From contig OZ287756.1 of NCBI GenBank assembly GCA_965649765.1, positions 35,216,001-35,280,000 on the forward strand: a stretch of DNA of 64,000 nucleotides, in the 5' to 3' direction. Position numbers and translations under genes: made by a program. Of the stretch, positions 1 through 13,693 are shown piece after piece. Source of the DNA: Bispira polyomma. Taxonomy: Eukaryota. The notes under the pieces were generated by a model. That model ran no database searches and was not told the origin of the DNA. It worked only from the letters and a program-made list of their open reading frames with translations. Each line of letters starts with the position of its first letter. Position 1 is the first letter of the stretch.

Positions 1-150
1 ATTCATTTTCACTAAGGGCTTTCCAATATGTACATACATGTACTTGGATTTCATGTGACGTCAGCCCTCTAAACGACCGACTGATCGGCCACTTTCATTT
101 ATACCATGTTCAACTCCACAAATAGTCACAAATGTATAAGTAAATGAGAC

Positions 151-671
151 CAGGGGGGGCAATATTCACAAATATTCTTAGAATTTTCTTAGTTTCAGCC
201 AATTGGATTTCTTGAAGGAAAAAATTTCAGTCAATCAAACAGGTTTGGACTAGTGGGTAAATCGCTTGGGTTTGTGGAGATTGATATTGAAAGTAAAATA
301 AATTCAATATCGGCCGATATCGGGAGGTAGCAAAAAACCTGTGAAGAAACTGAAACGTATCTCAAAAAAAAAACTGCCCGAAATAAAACTGAAAGTGAGA
401 ACCGCTAAATATGTTTACAAGTAAAAATGGATATAAAATGGTGATTATGCATTGTTTAAAAGGTATTATCCTTAAAATATCATCAGATCTATTGTAAAAA
501 TGTTATCCCATGGCGAAATATGTGTCACTCATGATATCGATATGTTAGTGTTGTACATCGATATCGGCACGCAAAAGCCCAAACAATAAATATTGCCGAT
601 ATCGATAAACAATTTAGCCACTAGTTTGGACCATGTTTTAAAAATAAAAATCTTTGTGACTACCAGCCCTG
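151..671. mobile_element. Older CWG-flanked GGGC-terminus MITE hosting the hAT MITE
   Basis: Ends cagggggggcaatattcacaaa / tttgtgactaccagccctg resemble the element at 32763-32869. Confidence 0.5.
251..623. mobile_element. hAT-type MITE nested in an older MITE
   Basis: TIRs TAGTGG(G/C)TAAAT; exact 8-bp TSD GTTTGGAC at 243-250 and 624-631. Confidence 0.8.
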
Positions 672-1017
672 GGCAGAAAATACTGTTGAATAGATCAAGA
701 TTACTCACATAAGTCAGTTTTTCCAGTCTCTCTCATAACTTATTGGTGTGTGAATACCAACATGTGTATGTTCTATTATCTATTAGTGAATCAGCAGTGA
801 TATTGCCTGGAGTGTCTTACACTTGTTAAACTTCAAAACAACAAGGTGGCCCTAAACACTACATCCTCCCCAAATATGGCCTTAAATGAACACTAGTTTC
901 TGAGATATATCGCTGTTTGACACAATTTTGGAAACTGCCATAGTCAAGTACTGCCTAGTTCTGATTCCCCTATTCGTGATATCACTGTCAGGTTGACTTT
1001 ATTATGACATCTTCTAA

Positions 1018-1308
1018 TACCTCTGTTCCAGTGTCAAAATAGATCAGAAGCAGCCGAAATTTTGGGCACCCTAGCCGTAATCCTGTAGCTACCCTGAGTA
1101 ATCATGATGATTCAGGATTGATCCGGACAGTCAGGACTGTAATCCTGGTGATCCGGGGATCAAAAAACGCCATCGAGAAGTTTTTGAACATGTTCAGAAA
1201 ATGGGCCGATTGTGTCACGGCAGGTGGTCCAGAGGATTCAGCAGGATGCCACTAGGATCGTAAAAATCGGGGCTGCTCCCGATCTATCTTGACAGTGGAA
1301 CAGGGGTA
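1018..1308. mobile_element. PIF/Harbinger-type MITE, internal-deletion derivative of the element at 49878-50888 (opposite orientation)
   Basis: TIR TACC(C/T)CTGTTCCA(C/G)TGTCAA, TAA TSD on both sides; both halves align to the ends of the 49.9-50.9 kb element. Confidence 0.8.
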
Positions 1309-3026
1309 TAATGTAAAAATACAAGGTTTGTACCTAGACATGTAAACTGCTGGAAAATATAAATTCTGACACACTCAAGTGTTCACCACATGCTACAAGA
1401 GAGCTAATTTTAAAGTAACTACATATAACTACACAAGAAAAACCCCTTACACTTTTATCATTGCTACAACCATTACCATATTACTTTTTAATTTGCATAA
1501 TAGCTTATATGATGATACACAAAACAGAACACAGACCCATTACCATCTTGTTTTCAGAGATTTTGTTTTTAAATTTAGATTAGTTTTTTTTAAAGGAGTA
1601 AATTTTCCAACTTTTCATTAGTGCAAAAGGACAGATTTCCATTTAATAATTCCTTATTGTAAAACTAGACATATTAACATCACCTCAAAAACTCCCTATT
1701 CAAAAACCTTTACAAAATAAGAAATTTTTTTCCATCAATGCATATAGAGCACTAAAGGACTGCATTAGGCAAGATGAGGTGCCAGAAGTCGCCTTCTATA
1801 TGCTCTTTAAATGGTTGGCTTTGGTCTGGGATTAGCCCTCTATGGTAGAGTGTCTAGACTGATGATTTAGGTCCCATTTCTCCCACCAAACACTGGCAAA
1901 CAGGGCCCTTTGTGTCATAAACTCCCATCTAGTTTTATAGTCATCTGTTCAGATGGTGCCATTTAAGTGTATATCCCCCCTTTTTTATTTATCCCACAAT
2001 TCACTCAGGGAGAAAATTAGGTCCAATGACCAGGGGGGCAATATTTTAGAACCAAATGCGACAAACATTTAGCCCCAGTGCTGCATTCTGAAGCGCTCAG
2101 AACCAAGGCAACGCAAAACTAATACATCACTTTCTAATACAGAAATTGAAGCCTAAAATACTTTTAGGTAAAGCATTCTTGTTGAAAATTTCATAAAGAC
2201 AAACTATAAAATTAGCTCCTTTTAGTTATTTGTTGAACATACATTAAGTCTAAACAAACTATAAATTATGATTCACATCCTTTCTTATTATCATGTGAAC
2301 AAATAAGTATTACTTTTGTAAGAATAAAAGCATCCTAATTTAATATTAAACGATAGGTTGCTAAAACTTTGTTGAAATAAGATGCTATTATTTTTTGAAA
2401 AGTCATGCAAATTATGATCACTAAAAATTATACATTTAAACACCAGTAGGTCAAAAGAATGAAATATCACCCTAGCTATTTTTACAGCCATCACTTTTTT
2501 TAAAGTCATGAAAATTTGATGGCAGGCCCAAATCATAAACTTTATCATTTCTTGAAAATTTCACTAATAAACTCTTTTATACACTGGTGGGTTATTAACC
2601 GGTAAAAAGCTTGTTCAAGATATCCTATTTCCAGATGTCCATGGTGATTTTTACACTGTAAATATGGACAAAAATTGATTGTGTGTGGATATTTACATGC
2701 TAAAATCCTAAAAATAATTTTAAATATAACAGTGAAAGAACTCAATACAAAAATACATAAGGGATTAAGGATTTTGAAAGCAGAATATGTTTGTAGTAAA
2801 GGACTCCCTTCTATTGTGCTAAACCTATTACCTCCACAAGGACACAACATGGCGTAGTTGTCCACTACAAAGAGACAATCAGAGATGTGAGGCTGCAACA
2901 GTCACCCAAGGTCCACATAGCAGTGTCTATATATTGATCTTCTTCTCAAGACCACTGACCACTCAGACTGACCACTCTGGCATTGTTACTGCCCTGAATT
3001 AAGATTAGAAGGCCAGTGGTGTCCTT

Positions 3027-3484
3027 AATAAGGTCAGGTTATTAGATCATTACCAAGGGAGCAATGCTAGGTGGCTAACATAATGGGTAGGTCATGGGTT
3101 AAATAATAAGGTCAGGTTATATCACTGCCAAGGGAGTAATACTAGGTGGCTGAGATAATAGAGAAGTTGATGGGTTAAATAATAAGGTCAGGTTATATCA
3201 TTACCTTGGGAGTAATACTAGGAGGCTAAGATAATAGAGTATGCCATGGGTTAAATAATAAGGTCAGGTTATATCATTAACTTGGATGTAATACTAGGTG
3301 GCTGAGATAATAGAGAAGGTCATGGGTTAAAGAATAAGGTCAGGTTATATCATTACCTAGGAAGTAATACTAGGTGGCTAAGATGATAAAGCAGGTCATG
3401 GGGTAAATAATAAGGTCAGGTTATATCATTACCTTGGAAGTAATACTAGGTGGCTGAGATAATAGAGAAGGTCATGGGTTAAAT
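3027..3484. repeat. 76-bp minisatellite, 6 copies
   Basis: AGGTCAGG recurs at 3031, 3109, 3185, 3261, 3337, 3413. Confidence 0.9.
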
Positions 3485-3519
3485 GCAAGAGTAATTGCAG
3501 TTAATTCATTATTTATTCA

Positions 3520-3758
3520 CTAATTTTGGGGGGTTTAATATTAGTACTTTCAAAAAGTCTGTTGTGATATATCACGAAAGGCAGTTTTGATTGAGAAAAT
3601 CAGAGCAGGGTAGTTGGCCAAGGTGATTACTACACTGCAAACCATCAGTCTTCAGCAAGTCTACTGCCAAATATCTCACATACACGCCAGGGCCGAGATT
3701 TGATCCCACGACTGCAGAGGTGGACACGAGTGTGTTACCACTGCATCACCAAGGCCCC
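3520..3758 (-). mobile_element. tRNA-derived SINE (degenerate)
   Basis: Reverse complement has A-/B-box-like head, and core and tail shared with other copies in the window. Confidence 0.6.
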
Positions 3759-4086
3759 AATGACAGAATTAAGTGCATTCTACTTGATACATTAGCTACG
3801 TCTTCGCATAAGCAAAGTAAATGTATAAAGGATTTTAAAATGTATTTGGAGAACAATATTCTTGTAAATTTTGGCCATATTGTTTAAAATCCATATGGTC
3901 ATGATTCATGCTTTTTGTCCTGAATATAGCCACAAGCTCAGAACAAATATACGCATACCCATTAACCAATATACGCAGCATCGAAACAGGTAAGCGGATC
4001 TTTTATCAACATGTCCAATCGTGTTCTCCTTCAGACTGAAAGGCAACTTATGAAAGAAAACAGCATGGTCCTCTAATTAAACTCAC

Positions 4087-4122
4087 CTTAAAGGTTGGCT
4101 AAAGATTACCAAGTAGCCTTGT
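4087..4122 (-). CDS. Candidate 36-nt micro-exon (phase 2-2, QGYLVIFSQPL)
   Basis: Acceptor cttttacag and donor AG|GTGAGT; only one frame is open. Confidence 0.2.
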
Positions 4123-5875
4123 CTGTAAAAGCTAGAGCATTCTTTTGATGAGGTCATTTCTCTATGAGAGGATTAAGTGGTAGTAGGAAGAATATCCATA
4201 AACTTCCAGCTATGTTTGTCTTTCTTTTTTTGGGGAAAAGCATTTTTACCATTATAAAAGTGAAGGTGATAAAGACGATAGTACTGCACATATTGGGCCA
4301 GCACCCCTCTCTTTTACTGCAACCTCTCCACATTTCCCAAGGCCCGGCTTAATATCGATGGATAAAGATGACAATTGTGCAGAGAGTAATAGCATTTTCG
4401 GCTAATGGCCAATAATGAATAATAAATTCTATATTCAACGCATTGAATAAGATTCACAATAAATAATTTTTATTGGGAGTTAGTGGTAAATATAAAAGAG
4501 AGCAATAAATCATAACATCTGGTCGTTTAATAGAGCGCACCATTTATACAACCAGACAGTTCTATCAATGTTGTGTGGGTTTTTTTAGTGTTGTTTTTCA
4601 ATAACAGTCCTACTTAAAAACAAATTCAGGAAACTCTATCAGAAAAGCGACACTATCATTGGTTTCACAACAGCCCAACTCCTTGTATGTTATGAATAGA
4701 ATTCCAATTTTAAATAGAAAACTACATAGTCCATGGGCTTTACAAAATGAGTTTAGAGTATAACAGTCTCTGTTTTGATCCTATTAAAAGAAAGTTACAA
4801 CAGGGAAAAGCAATTCTATATTGATATCACAATAACCATTGAAAACTTCTTGCGGTATGAGTATAAGTCGTTATTTACAAACATTCACCAGCTCAATGCA
4901 AATACCGTAGTTTCTTTCCTTATTTCCTAATATTTTTAATACATTTTCGCCACCCAAGTGTTGCTTGTGACAATGTCTTACAGATATAGCCTACTCATTT
5001 CTCAACGAAAAAATACATAAATAAACAAATGTTACTATAATACCACACACTTATGTAATGTCAGCAACCCGGAATAACTGTATTGGTAATTCTGCACATA
5101 TCAATCAAAGTACATTACATTATAGCACTCCCCTTTCTTTTCCTTGTTCAAGGTTTCTCAGCCAAGGTCTTACTGACCTTGTACTAAATACTGACACAAA
5201 AAAAAATACTGTCATTTTTTTTTTTTAATCTCTGTTCTATTTTGGGGTGTACCTGCAGTATAATATTGGTCTGTAAACATTTACATTGAACTACTTCTTT
5301 CTGCTGGGCGGGTAAATAGTTCTGCATTTGACTGATTTTACAGTGATGATAAGCGCACTCTTCAGTATATTTTTTTCACTCAATGTTTTATAGTGGTATT
5401 TTTCTGCCTGTCTTTGTTTTTTATGCACCATTTGTGGCTTGTTGTAGAGTAAAAAAATAATTGTTTATTAAAAATGTGCCATCAAGAGATACTACTACAC
5501 TGCATTTTTCCTACTTCAAACACAATATCTTGCTTCAATGAAACCCTTCACCCAGTGTAAGCCTATAAAAAATTTATAGACGTCACAAAGAAGATATGCT
5601 TAATATTTCTATTTAAAAAAAATACATTACAAAATCAAAGTAAAGGATAACACAAAAAGACTGTCACATTGTGTACATAAACAATACAAAATAAACAGAA
5701 TTACTGTTGTCACAATTGTCATACAACTTATATTCACATTATTAAAATTGGCAATGTAATTCTGTATAATTCAGTTTTTCACTGACAAGTGTGTGTTTTT
5801 GAACAGTAGAAGATATGGTCTAATTGCCCTTATACTGCATAGGCATAATACATATGTAAATGTAGAAACACACTA

Positions 5876-6149
5876 GGTCACATCCGGATCAGGATCCATA
5901 TAATTATTCGAAAACAGATATTATCTGTTTCCTATTCACACTGACAGAAAATCCGGCCGAATCATGTGTAATTCTAAGCTACTTTGCAGGTGCTTGGTAG
6001 GGATCCGGATTTGTCTAAAAATTAGAAATAAAATCTGTGTAAATTTTATACAGACCGGACCCGCAAAGCCAGATTGGTCTTCTGTGTGAATCCTATAGTT
6101 TTGTGTTAAAATGAGACGGATCTGTGATCCAGCCTGTGTGAATGGACCT
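5876..6149. mobile_element. Degenerate MITE with GGTCCATTCACAC-type end and CCGGAT subterminal repeats
   Basis: Right end tgtgtgaatggacct; internal attcacac/gtgtgaat inverted motifs; repeated tccgg. Confidence 0.45.
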
Positions 6150-6862
6150 CAAGGTAGAATAAAAACACTAGCAGTAGAATATCAGTGAAATACAAATTTA
6201 ATTAAAACACTCTAGAATTATTGTGGTTCCTTTCAGTCAGTCATGATTTTTGTATAGTGTGGCATTTGAACTGCCCGATATAACTTACTTATTTACTACA
6301 TACTTCATTATACAAAATGTTATTTATAGAAACTGTTGTCAATAAACAAGTGGTAATACACAAACACTCTGTCATTATTTGCCAAATTGATTTTCAACAA
6401 AACAACTTTTGTTACTACTTCTATAGTTTTTGGCAAGGATTACGATTTCTGATCATATTTATTTGGAGTACTTCTAATTGTATTTGACATCAGATGCAGC
6501 GATTATATTTTCTGGTACAATGTACACAGAATGTTAGTGAATCTCATTACATGTAAATAACGCATTCTGTAATCAATACAACACAATACAATGGAGTTAC
6601 TTTAATTGCTTTTTTAATTGACTGTGTTTTCATATAAGACTAGTGAAAGAAACTATTTATGATTTGCGCTTTCCGTCATCAAATGTCACAAAATCATTTG
6701 TCTAAGCTTTAAATTTCTACAACATCTGTCTCTTATTTGGATACCCAAGGTCATTGTACACGCTTCTGTATTCATATTTTGATTGGAATAGACTAGATAG
6801 ATAGTAAATAAACAGTTTATGTGACCAATATAAATCTAGATCAATTATGTCAGGCCTAGTTT

Positions 6863-7012
6863 TACAAAAATAGGCGATATTACAGATACAGGTGATGTTA
6901 CAAAAATAGGTAATCTTACAGATACAGGTGATGTTACAGATACAGGTGATATTACAAAACTAGGTAATCTTGCAGATGCAGGTGATATTACAGATATAAG
7001 TGATATTGTAGA
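6863..7012. repeat. 18-bp minisatellite (TACAGATACAGGTGATRT variants), ~8 copies
   Basis: Direct inspection. Confidence 0.8.
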
Positions 7013-7339
7013 TCAGATTCTAAATTCCCAGGCAGTTGTTTTTGTGATAAACTAAACAGCTGTTGAGTTGTACTTTGTTTGAAATATTAGAGTTTAAACC
7101 TCAAAGAGATACCATCCATATGCATGTATAATAATACTAGCACCAAAATATCGGACTGATATCATAAACAGACACTAGGATCAACCTCTATTATCCAAAT
7201 ATTTGATTTTATGAAATCACTTTCACCTTCCCAGATTTATATTTACATTTGTGTTTTGCTAAAATATCTATTTTAGTTACATTCTATCAGTGATTTTCAG
7301 TCATATTTTTTTATGAGATCCATTTACCTCTTTGTATTA

Positions 7340-7487
7340 ATTTGATTTGAGTTAAACATCACTTTCAACACATATTCTATCATATCACGAGGGCCCAGGT
7401 ACCTCACTGATGGAGGAAATCAGCGTAATGTAGTTGGTTAAGGATTTCTGCTCTGCAAATCACCAGTCTTTAGCAAGTCTACTGCCA
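7340..7487 (-). mobile_element. SINE fragment (core and tail)
   Basis: Shares ...agcaagtctactgcca and the tail with the 3520-3758 copy. Confidence 0.5.
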
Positions 7488-7608
7488 GAGTTGAAGACCT
7501 GTCTTTACCTATTTCTATAGAAACAGCAGAGAATGTTCACAGAAAACCCAAAGCAAGGAGTGAGAAACCTCGTTTAATAATGCTATATGCAAAGCAACAC
7601 ACACATAC

Positions 7609-7657
7609 CTTCTACATCCTTAATGAATGTACATTCCTCTTCAGAAATCTCCCCCAT
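7609..7657 (-). CDS. Candidate alternative first coding exon (MGEISEEECTFIKDVE, phase 1)
   Basis: atcATGG context, open frame, strong AG|GTATGT donor at 7608, same phase as the 25617 exon. Confidence 0.4.
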
Positions 7658-8658
7658 GATCTGTATATCCTTGTGTGTAGCCCAAAACACCCAGTAATTA
7701 CTATCCACTACTCCAAGAACTGGCTACTCCCCAGTAATTCTATGCTCCCTTCCCCCTCTTTAGAAGTGTTGGCACCGATAGCCTTCACCTCACATAATCA
7801 GAGGCTTTTCTGTATACATAAGCTGGCCATTGCCAGCTACCAGTATATATACTGGACAGTGTACATTGTTTTCTCATTTTTCCGTTTAAAAATAATAATC
7901 ACCCCCTCCCCACTATTTCTGCTGTGCAGCAACACTTCTCCTCTAAAATCTCATTATAATTTTTACTTTTTCAATTCTATATCATACAGCATATATTGCT
8001 TCTTCTTTCTGTATATAATATTCCAACAGATACACACAAAAAAAACCAAAAAAACTCAGAGTCCAGTGTGTATGTGTGTGTATATTTTATACACAATGTA
8101 CTGTACACCACTGAAAAAATGGACCTAATATAGCAATGGGCATCACCTGTTCATAATGGTCGGGTTTTACAACCATACAAACAGATTTTTATACAACACA
8201 TCACACAGCATATAGTATCTTTACACTTTAGAACACACTACACAGTGCTGGCCCTACATTGGTGATTCCCTGTGCACCCACTACTACAAAGCAATATGGC
8301 CAAACAACAAACGCACAACAACAACAAAAAAATTCAATATTTTTTTTCTCTCCAATTCTTCCCAGTCATGTAAAACTCACCACTGCACTGGAGGTCTACG
8401 CACACTGTTGTGTTACATGTATGGTTCTTTCCTTATAATCCTTACATTACTACTACTGATTTTTTTTTCTCCTATCTTCACTCGGTGTATTGATCCAAAC
8501 CTACCCCGACCTACCCAATGTACTTGAGTTTGTGTGTGTGTTTTTTTTTTCTCTATACAAAATGGATGTGTCCTCAATGGTCCAGTTTTGCAGGAGTTTT
8601 TATACAATAACAATTAAAACTGCACAAGAGAAAAGTCCACTCACCGGGCTAAACTTAC

Positions 8659-8662
8659 CCAT
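8659..8662 (-). CDS. Candidate alternative first exon end encoding only Met (ATG G|GTAAGT)
   Basis: caaaATGG|GTAAGT phase-1 donor at 8658; a second donor GTGAGT lies 14 nt further at 8644. Confidence 0.25.
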
Positions 8663-11600
8663 TTTGGTTGAGTTTTTCTTATATTCATTGATATACTACC
8701 ACTAATGTTAACTTTTAACGGACATACATATATGCTATTTCTTTTTTTAAGAAGCAATATATTTTCTTAATTACTACACGGTCATTATTACTGGGTTGAC
8801 GTTTTTTGGGACTCTTAAAAAGTTGTAATTTTTGGTGCAAACGCTGGTATATTGAATGGCCTCAAGGCACGTTGAGAGTTCAGTGGTATGTAAACAATAT
8901 ATCTGCATAATAAATGAGGGTTCCCCCACATCACCTATAATAATAATATTTCTGCCCATACAAGCCCACCACCACTCAGATAGATATATCTATGCACCAC
9001 TACCCCCCTCTACTTGACTTACAAAACCCAGTCCCATTATTAATTCCCCAAAGAAACTCAAGTTCTAAAAACTCGTACACCCGACTCAAATATAGGAAAT
9101 GTGATTTGTATGTCACTGTATATGGAAATAATCTACAATTGTAACTATCCATTTTATTAGGTTTTCAATGCAGATTTCAAATATGGAGTCAAATTTGACT
9201 TCTCTTCATTCAAGCAAGAGCTATAGAGGCAGAAGCTTGAGTTTGAGTAGAGTCTGAGAATCTAATGAGAAAACGGCCACAGGCCCATAAGAAAAAAGAC
9301 ATTACCATGTAACTCTAACCTAACATGGACATGAAATACATATATAGCATATTCTCTTTGGTGGCAACAACTAGAGCTTCTACAACCAGCATGTCACTTG
9401 TCAAGATCTCTGGGTGGTTAAAAATAGCCTGTTGTTGTGTTGTGCTGTGTTTAGGTAGCCTTTGATTTATTGTACCTGGCTTCTTATTAACAGTAAAACA
9501 CAACAGGAGGTGGATACACACGATTCTCTAGAATCTGTGTGTGTATAATGTGGTGGTCTCTTTAGATTTAATGCTAGAAAGGATTCAGAATAAAGTTAAT
9601 GTCACCAATACTTGATTAAACTCTTAAAATATTCTCCATATATGTACAACTTGTTTACTACATAAAAAGAGTCAAGATTTAATGGTTGTTATACACATTT
9701 TTGTGTTGTAGTATGGTATACAAAAAAAATATAATGTATTTTTACTTACTAAATTGATTTATATTATGTGGCAATTCCATGTACTGAATAATATTTATCA
9801 TTTGTAAAAACAACCAACATCTAAAGAGGTTATATAGCACAATGTTCAGGTTGTTCAATCGATTTGTTTACCGTTACTATTTTTAGAACTGTGCGCGTGA
9901 CGAAAATACTTCAACACGGACAGAAAAAAAAAGGTACCAAAAAACCCTGCACATTGTTTGTGCACCGATAATACAACAAAATCTCGCTACAATCTGAACT
10001 TGGTGAACGCAAAAAAATCAACAGAGAAGCTAACTCAACCAATATTCATTGCCCTCAAAGAAAAAAAATTCACCCAATAAACAACCAAGGGGAAAAAATT
10101 GCAAAATATTGAACAAAGTCCTTTTACCACCTCGCGTTATAAGCTCTCTTTTTTTTTATCCGCCGGGAAGGTTCATTTTGAAAATGTGGTACACCCACTA
10201 AAGGGATAAATGTTTTAACGAGCAAATCATTGAGAAATACTGATACAAATTCAAAGTAAATCTTATTTCATCCTCAAGAAGTTAAGTACATAATATAATG
10301 TGGGTGCAGATAATACACAGAACAAACTGAATGTAGTTTACAGAACGTTTTTAAAAAACGTTAGTTTGTGAGAGCCATTTCTTAAGGTCGAGGAAACACT
10401 GGTCTCAATGGTACACAATCGATCTGTGTGTCATGTCCTGATAGAAGTCCTATTTCAGCTCTCAACACATGCATTTTTCATGACCCAGTTTTCAGGCAGT
10501 CACTCTTGTTTACAAAATAAAAACATCTATACATATTTCTCTCCTAGTACCATTTAGAACACCGAATATAAATCATGTATTTACAAAATGGACATCCGTG
10601 ACAATTAAAGAAAAGAAGACATCTATTTAAAAGCCCCTGAAAACTAGTAGTATTTTGTGGAATAAAATACACACTATAAAATGTGTTTATCCACGGGTGA
10701 CAGGCAAACATGTTTGTAACATTTGGAAAGTTTTGCTGTTGCCCGGGTTGAATTATTCTATTTCTCGTGTCGTAAACAAAGTGTTCTTTTTTTGTAAAAC
10801 ATTTTTTTTTGTAAAACCTTAGCTCTGTATTCTACATTGGTTGCCAAAAAAATTAAAGATTTTTTTTAATGAGAACTTCTTTGACAAGTGTCACGATCGT
10901 ATTTAGTATTCAGCTGAATGAATATAGTACTACAGGAGAGAATTAACATTGATTGTACAGAGTCAGGCTCACAAATGTTTTATTTATTCATTCATTTAAC
11001 TAGTTTTTGTATCGAATACCACAGTGAAAAATCAAATATAAGGCCAGAGTATGATGTTTCACATATATGCCACCAAATTTATATTTGTTAAAATATGAAC
11101 TACCTTTGCCATGCTGCTCTGGACACATTTGTACATAAAATGTTTTTGAGGTCTAGGTCAAAATGAGGTCAAATTTTGCACACCTACACTCCTAATGGAC
11201 CGTTGTATCAAATGTATAAACTTTTTCTGACATCTAGTTTTGAGATACAGTCTGGGACATCATTTTTATGACGGACAAGGTCATTTCTCTAAGGTCAAAC
11301 TTCAAGTGAAGCCAGACATTGTACTCTCTAATGAATATACAGTGGAACTCTTTTAAGTGGAACCTCAAGGGTCCAGGGGAAATACCTCTACTTAAGCAGA
11401 ATTTCCACTTAACAGGGTAGATTTTACAGGAAAATGTCTGAGTGACAACATATATTTTTCCAATTGCAAGATAATTTAACTTAACAGAGTTCTACTTAAA
11501 GAGGTTAGATTGTATGTGCCACTCATAAATTTTCTGTGATAAGTATTTTCCTGAGAATCTAATCTTAACCAGGGTAAAAACGAGAATTGTATATTTTTTC

Positions 11601-12498
11601 TCAAATTTTTTTTTGTGAATATTGGAATTTTTCGTGGCTTCTAGTTCTTGCCTAGTCTTACCAGAACATGAGAAATACAAATATTACCCAGACAGACATT
11701 AACGGCTGTGTGGGTGAGAGCTCAGTGGCTTGACACAAATGTTAATATTACTCTTAACGCTTGTCACAAAGGTTTTAAATTCATAGAATGTCATGTTGAC
11801 ATCAGAATCTAGTCACAGGCTTTTACCTACTCAGAAAGCCAAAGCCATGTTGTAGAGACCCCCACACAACGCTCTTTCAAATGAAGGAAATGAGAGTAAC
11901 TTATTTACCAAAAAATCTGCTCTCGAACAGTCTGGAAAATTACTCAGGGGCTGTATTTATCAAAAAACTTAAATACAAACTCAGGCTTACACTTAAATAT
12001 TACATACACCCATATATAGGTTTCATTAAATCAATGGGAATACAACCTGGACAAGGTATCAACCATTTTAATAGAGTTTTCAGCAAAATATTGCATATGT
12101 AGTCGGATCAAGCATACCTTTCTTACTTGCAAAGATACAGCAGGAGATATTTTAAGGTTAATGTTAGTGTATGTTTTAACACCTGCGATAGTTTTTTTAA
12201 AAATTAACTTGGATAAACATGTTTACCTGTATATATCATCCCAAAACTCCGGGAAATTATTTTTTATAAATTAATTCCACCAGAGATGCAATCATCCCAT
12301 GGTGAGTTGGTGACTGCCACATGTCACACTTACTAATACATTTGTATATATATGTATAGACAGGTAAACTGAGTTGAAACCACAGAACCACAGAAAAAAG
12401 GCATACCCATCCAAAGTTTAAATAGACAACATAAATAATCTTCACTAAAAGAGAACGCTTCCTCTGGGCACGAAGCCAGCTGCTGGAGATTTTTACTA

Positions 12499-13080
12499 AT
12501 GTCAATGATGAATAAGGTGATAAATGTCAAGATTTTATACTGTCAATGATAAACTATGTGATAAATACTGTCAAGATGTTAAACCATGCGATAAATGATA
12601 AATCATGTGATAAATAATAAACCATGTGATAAATACTGTCCATTTGTTATACAACTGTCAATGATTAACCATGTGATAAATACTGTCAAGATTATATACT
12701 ATCGTCAATGATAGACCATGAAAGAACTACTGTCAATATTTTATACCACTATCAATGATAAAATAGGTGATAAATAATGTCAAGATTTTGTAGCATACTG
12801 TCAAAGTGTCAATGTTAAACCATGTGATAAATACTGTCAAGTTATTGTACAACTGTCACTATTTTAAACAAGTATCAAAGATAAACCATGTGATAACTAC
12901 TGTCAATATTTTATACTATCAACAATAACAAACACTGTGATTACTACTGTCAAGATTTTGTAGTATACTGTCAAAGTGTCAATGTTAAACCATGTAATAA
13001 TACTGTGAAGATTTTACACTGCTGTCAATGATTAACCAGGTGATAATGCTGTCACATGATCTCATATCTTTACAAGACCG
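12499..13080. repeat. Degenerate tandem repeat built from TGTCAATGATAAACCATGTGATAAATACTGTCAAG units
   Basis: Motif recurs about 10 times with indels. Confidence 0.75.
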
Positions 13081-13248
13081 TCAATGATCAACATGTGATG
13101 AATGCCAATGACAATGCTGTCACTCAGTTTTATAAAGTAAAGCTCCACTCTTGAAATTTTAAAAACAAAACCATCTTCAGATAATCAGTCAATGATCAAC
13201 ATATAATGAATGCTAATGACAATGCTGTCACCCAGTTTTATAAAGTAA

Positions 13249-13693
13249 GTGAGCGTTTCCATGCAGGCAACTTTCTGAGGCGACCAGCCGACGTTTAACA
13301 GGCAATTTTCAATTTTTATGTTTCTATACAATTATTTGAGAAAAATAGATACCTGTATTTAAACCTGAATATCTTGGCCATTTCTCAACCGATTTTGATG
13401 CAACAAAAAGCACAATATACCCGATAAAATAAGCCTTCTCAACATATTTTCATGAAATTTATACCTTAAGTAATTTTTGAGTTATTACAAAAAAATCGGC
13501 AATGTTTACAAGGCGACGGCAATGCCAGACGATTTTTTTCGCTCCTAGTAGCGAAAAAAATCGCCTGGCATTGCCTGTCGCCTATCGGCGTTGCTCACAT
13601 GGAAACACTTGGTTTTAAATCAATGAAACTGATAGAATCGCCGTCGGCCCTCGCCTGATCGCCTTAAAAAGTTGCCTGCATGGAGACGCTCAC
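13249..13693 (+). mobile_element. PIF/Harbinger-type MITE (445 bp), copy 1
   Basis: TIR GTGAGCGTTTCCATGCAGGCAACTT; TAA TSD; empty site preserved in the adjacent duplication. Confidence 0.88.

Noticed and set aside
7580-8128. 182-aa plus-strand ORF
   Set aside because: Composition is that of AT-rich non-coding DNA with homopolymer tracts; no domain; splice signals favour the minus strand.
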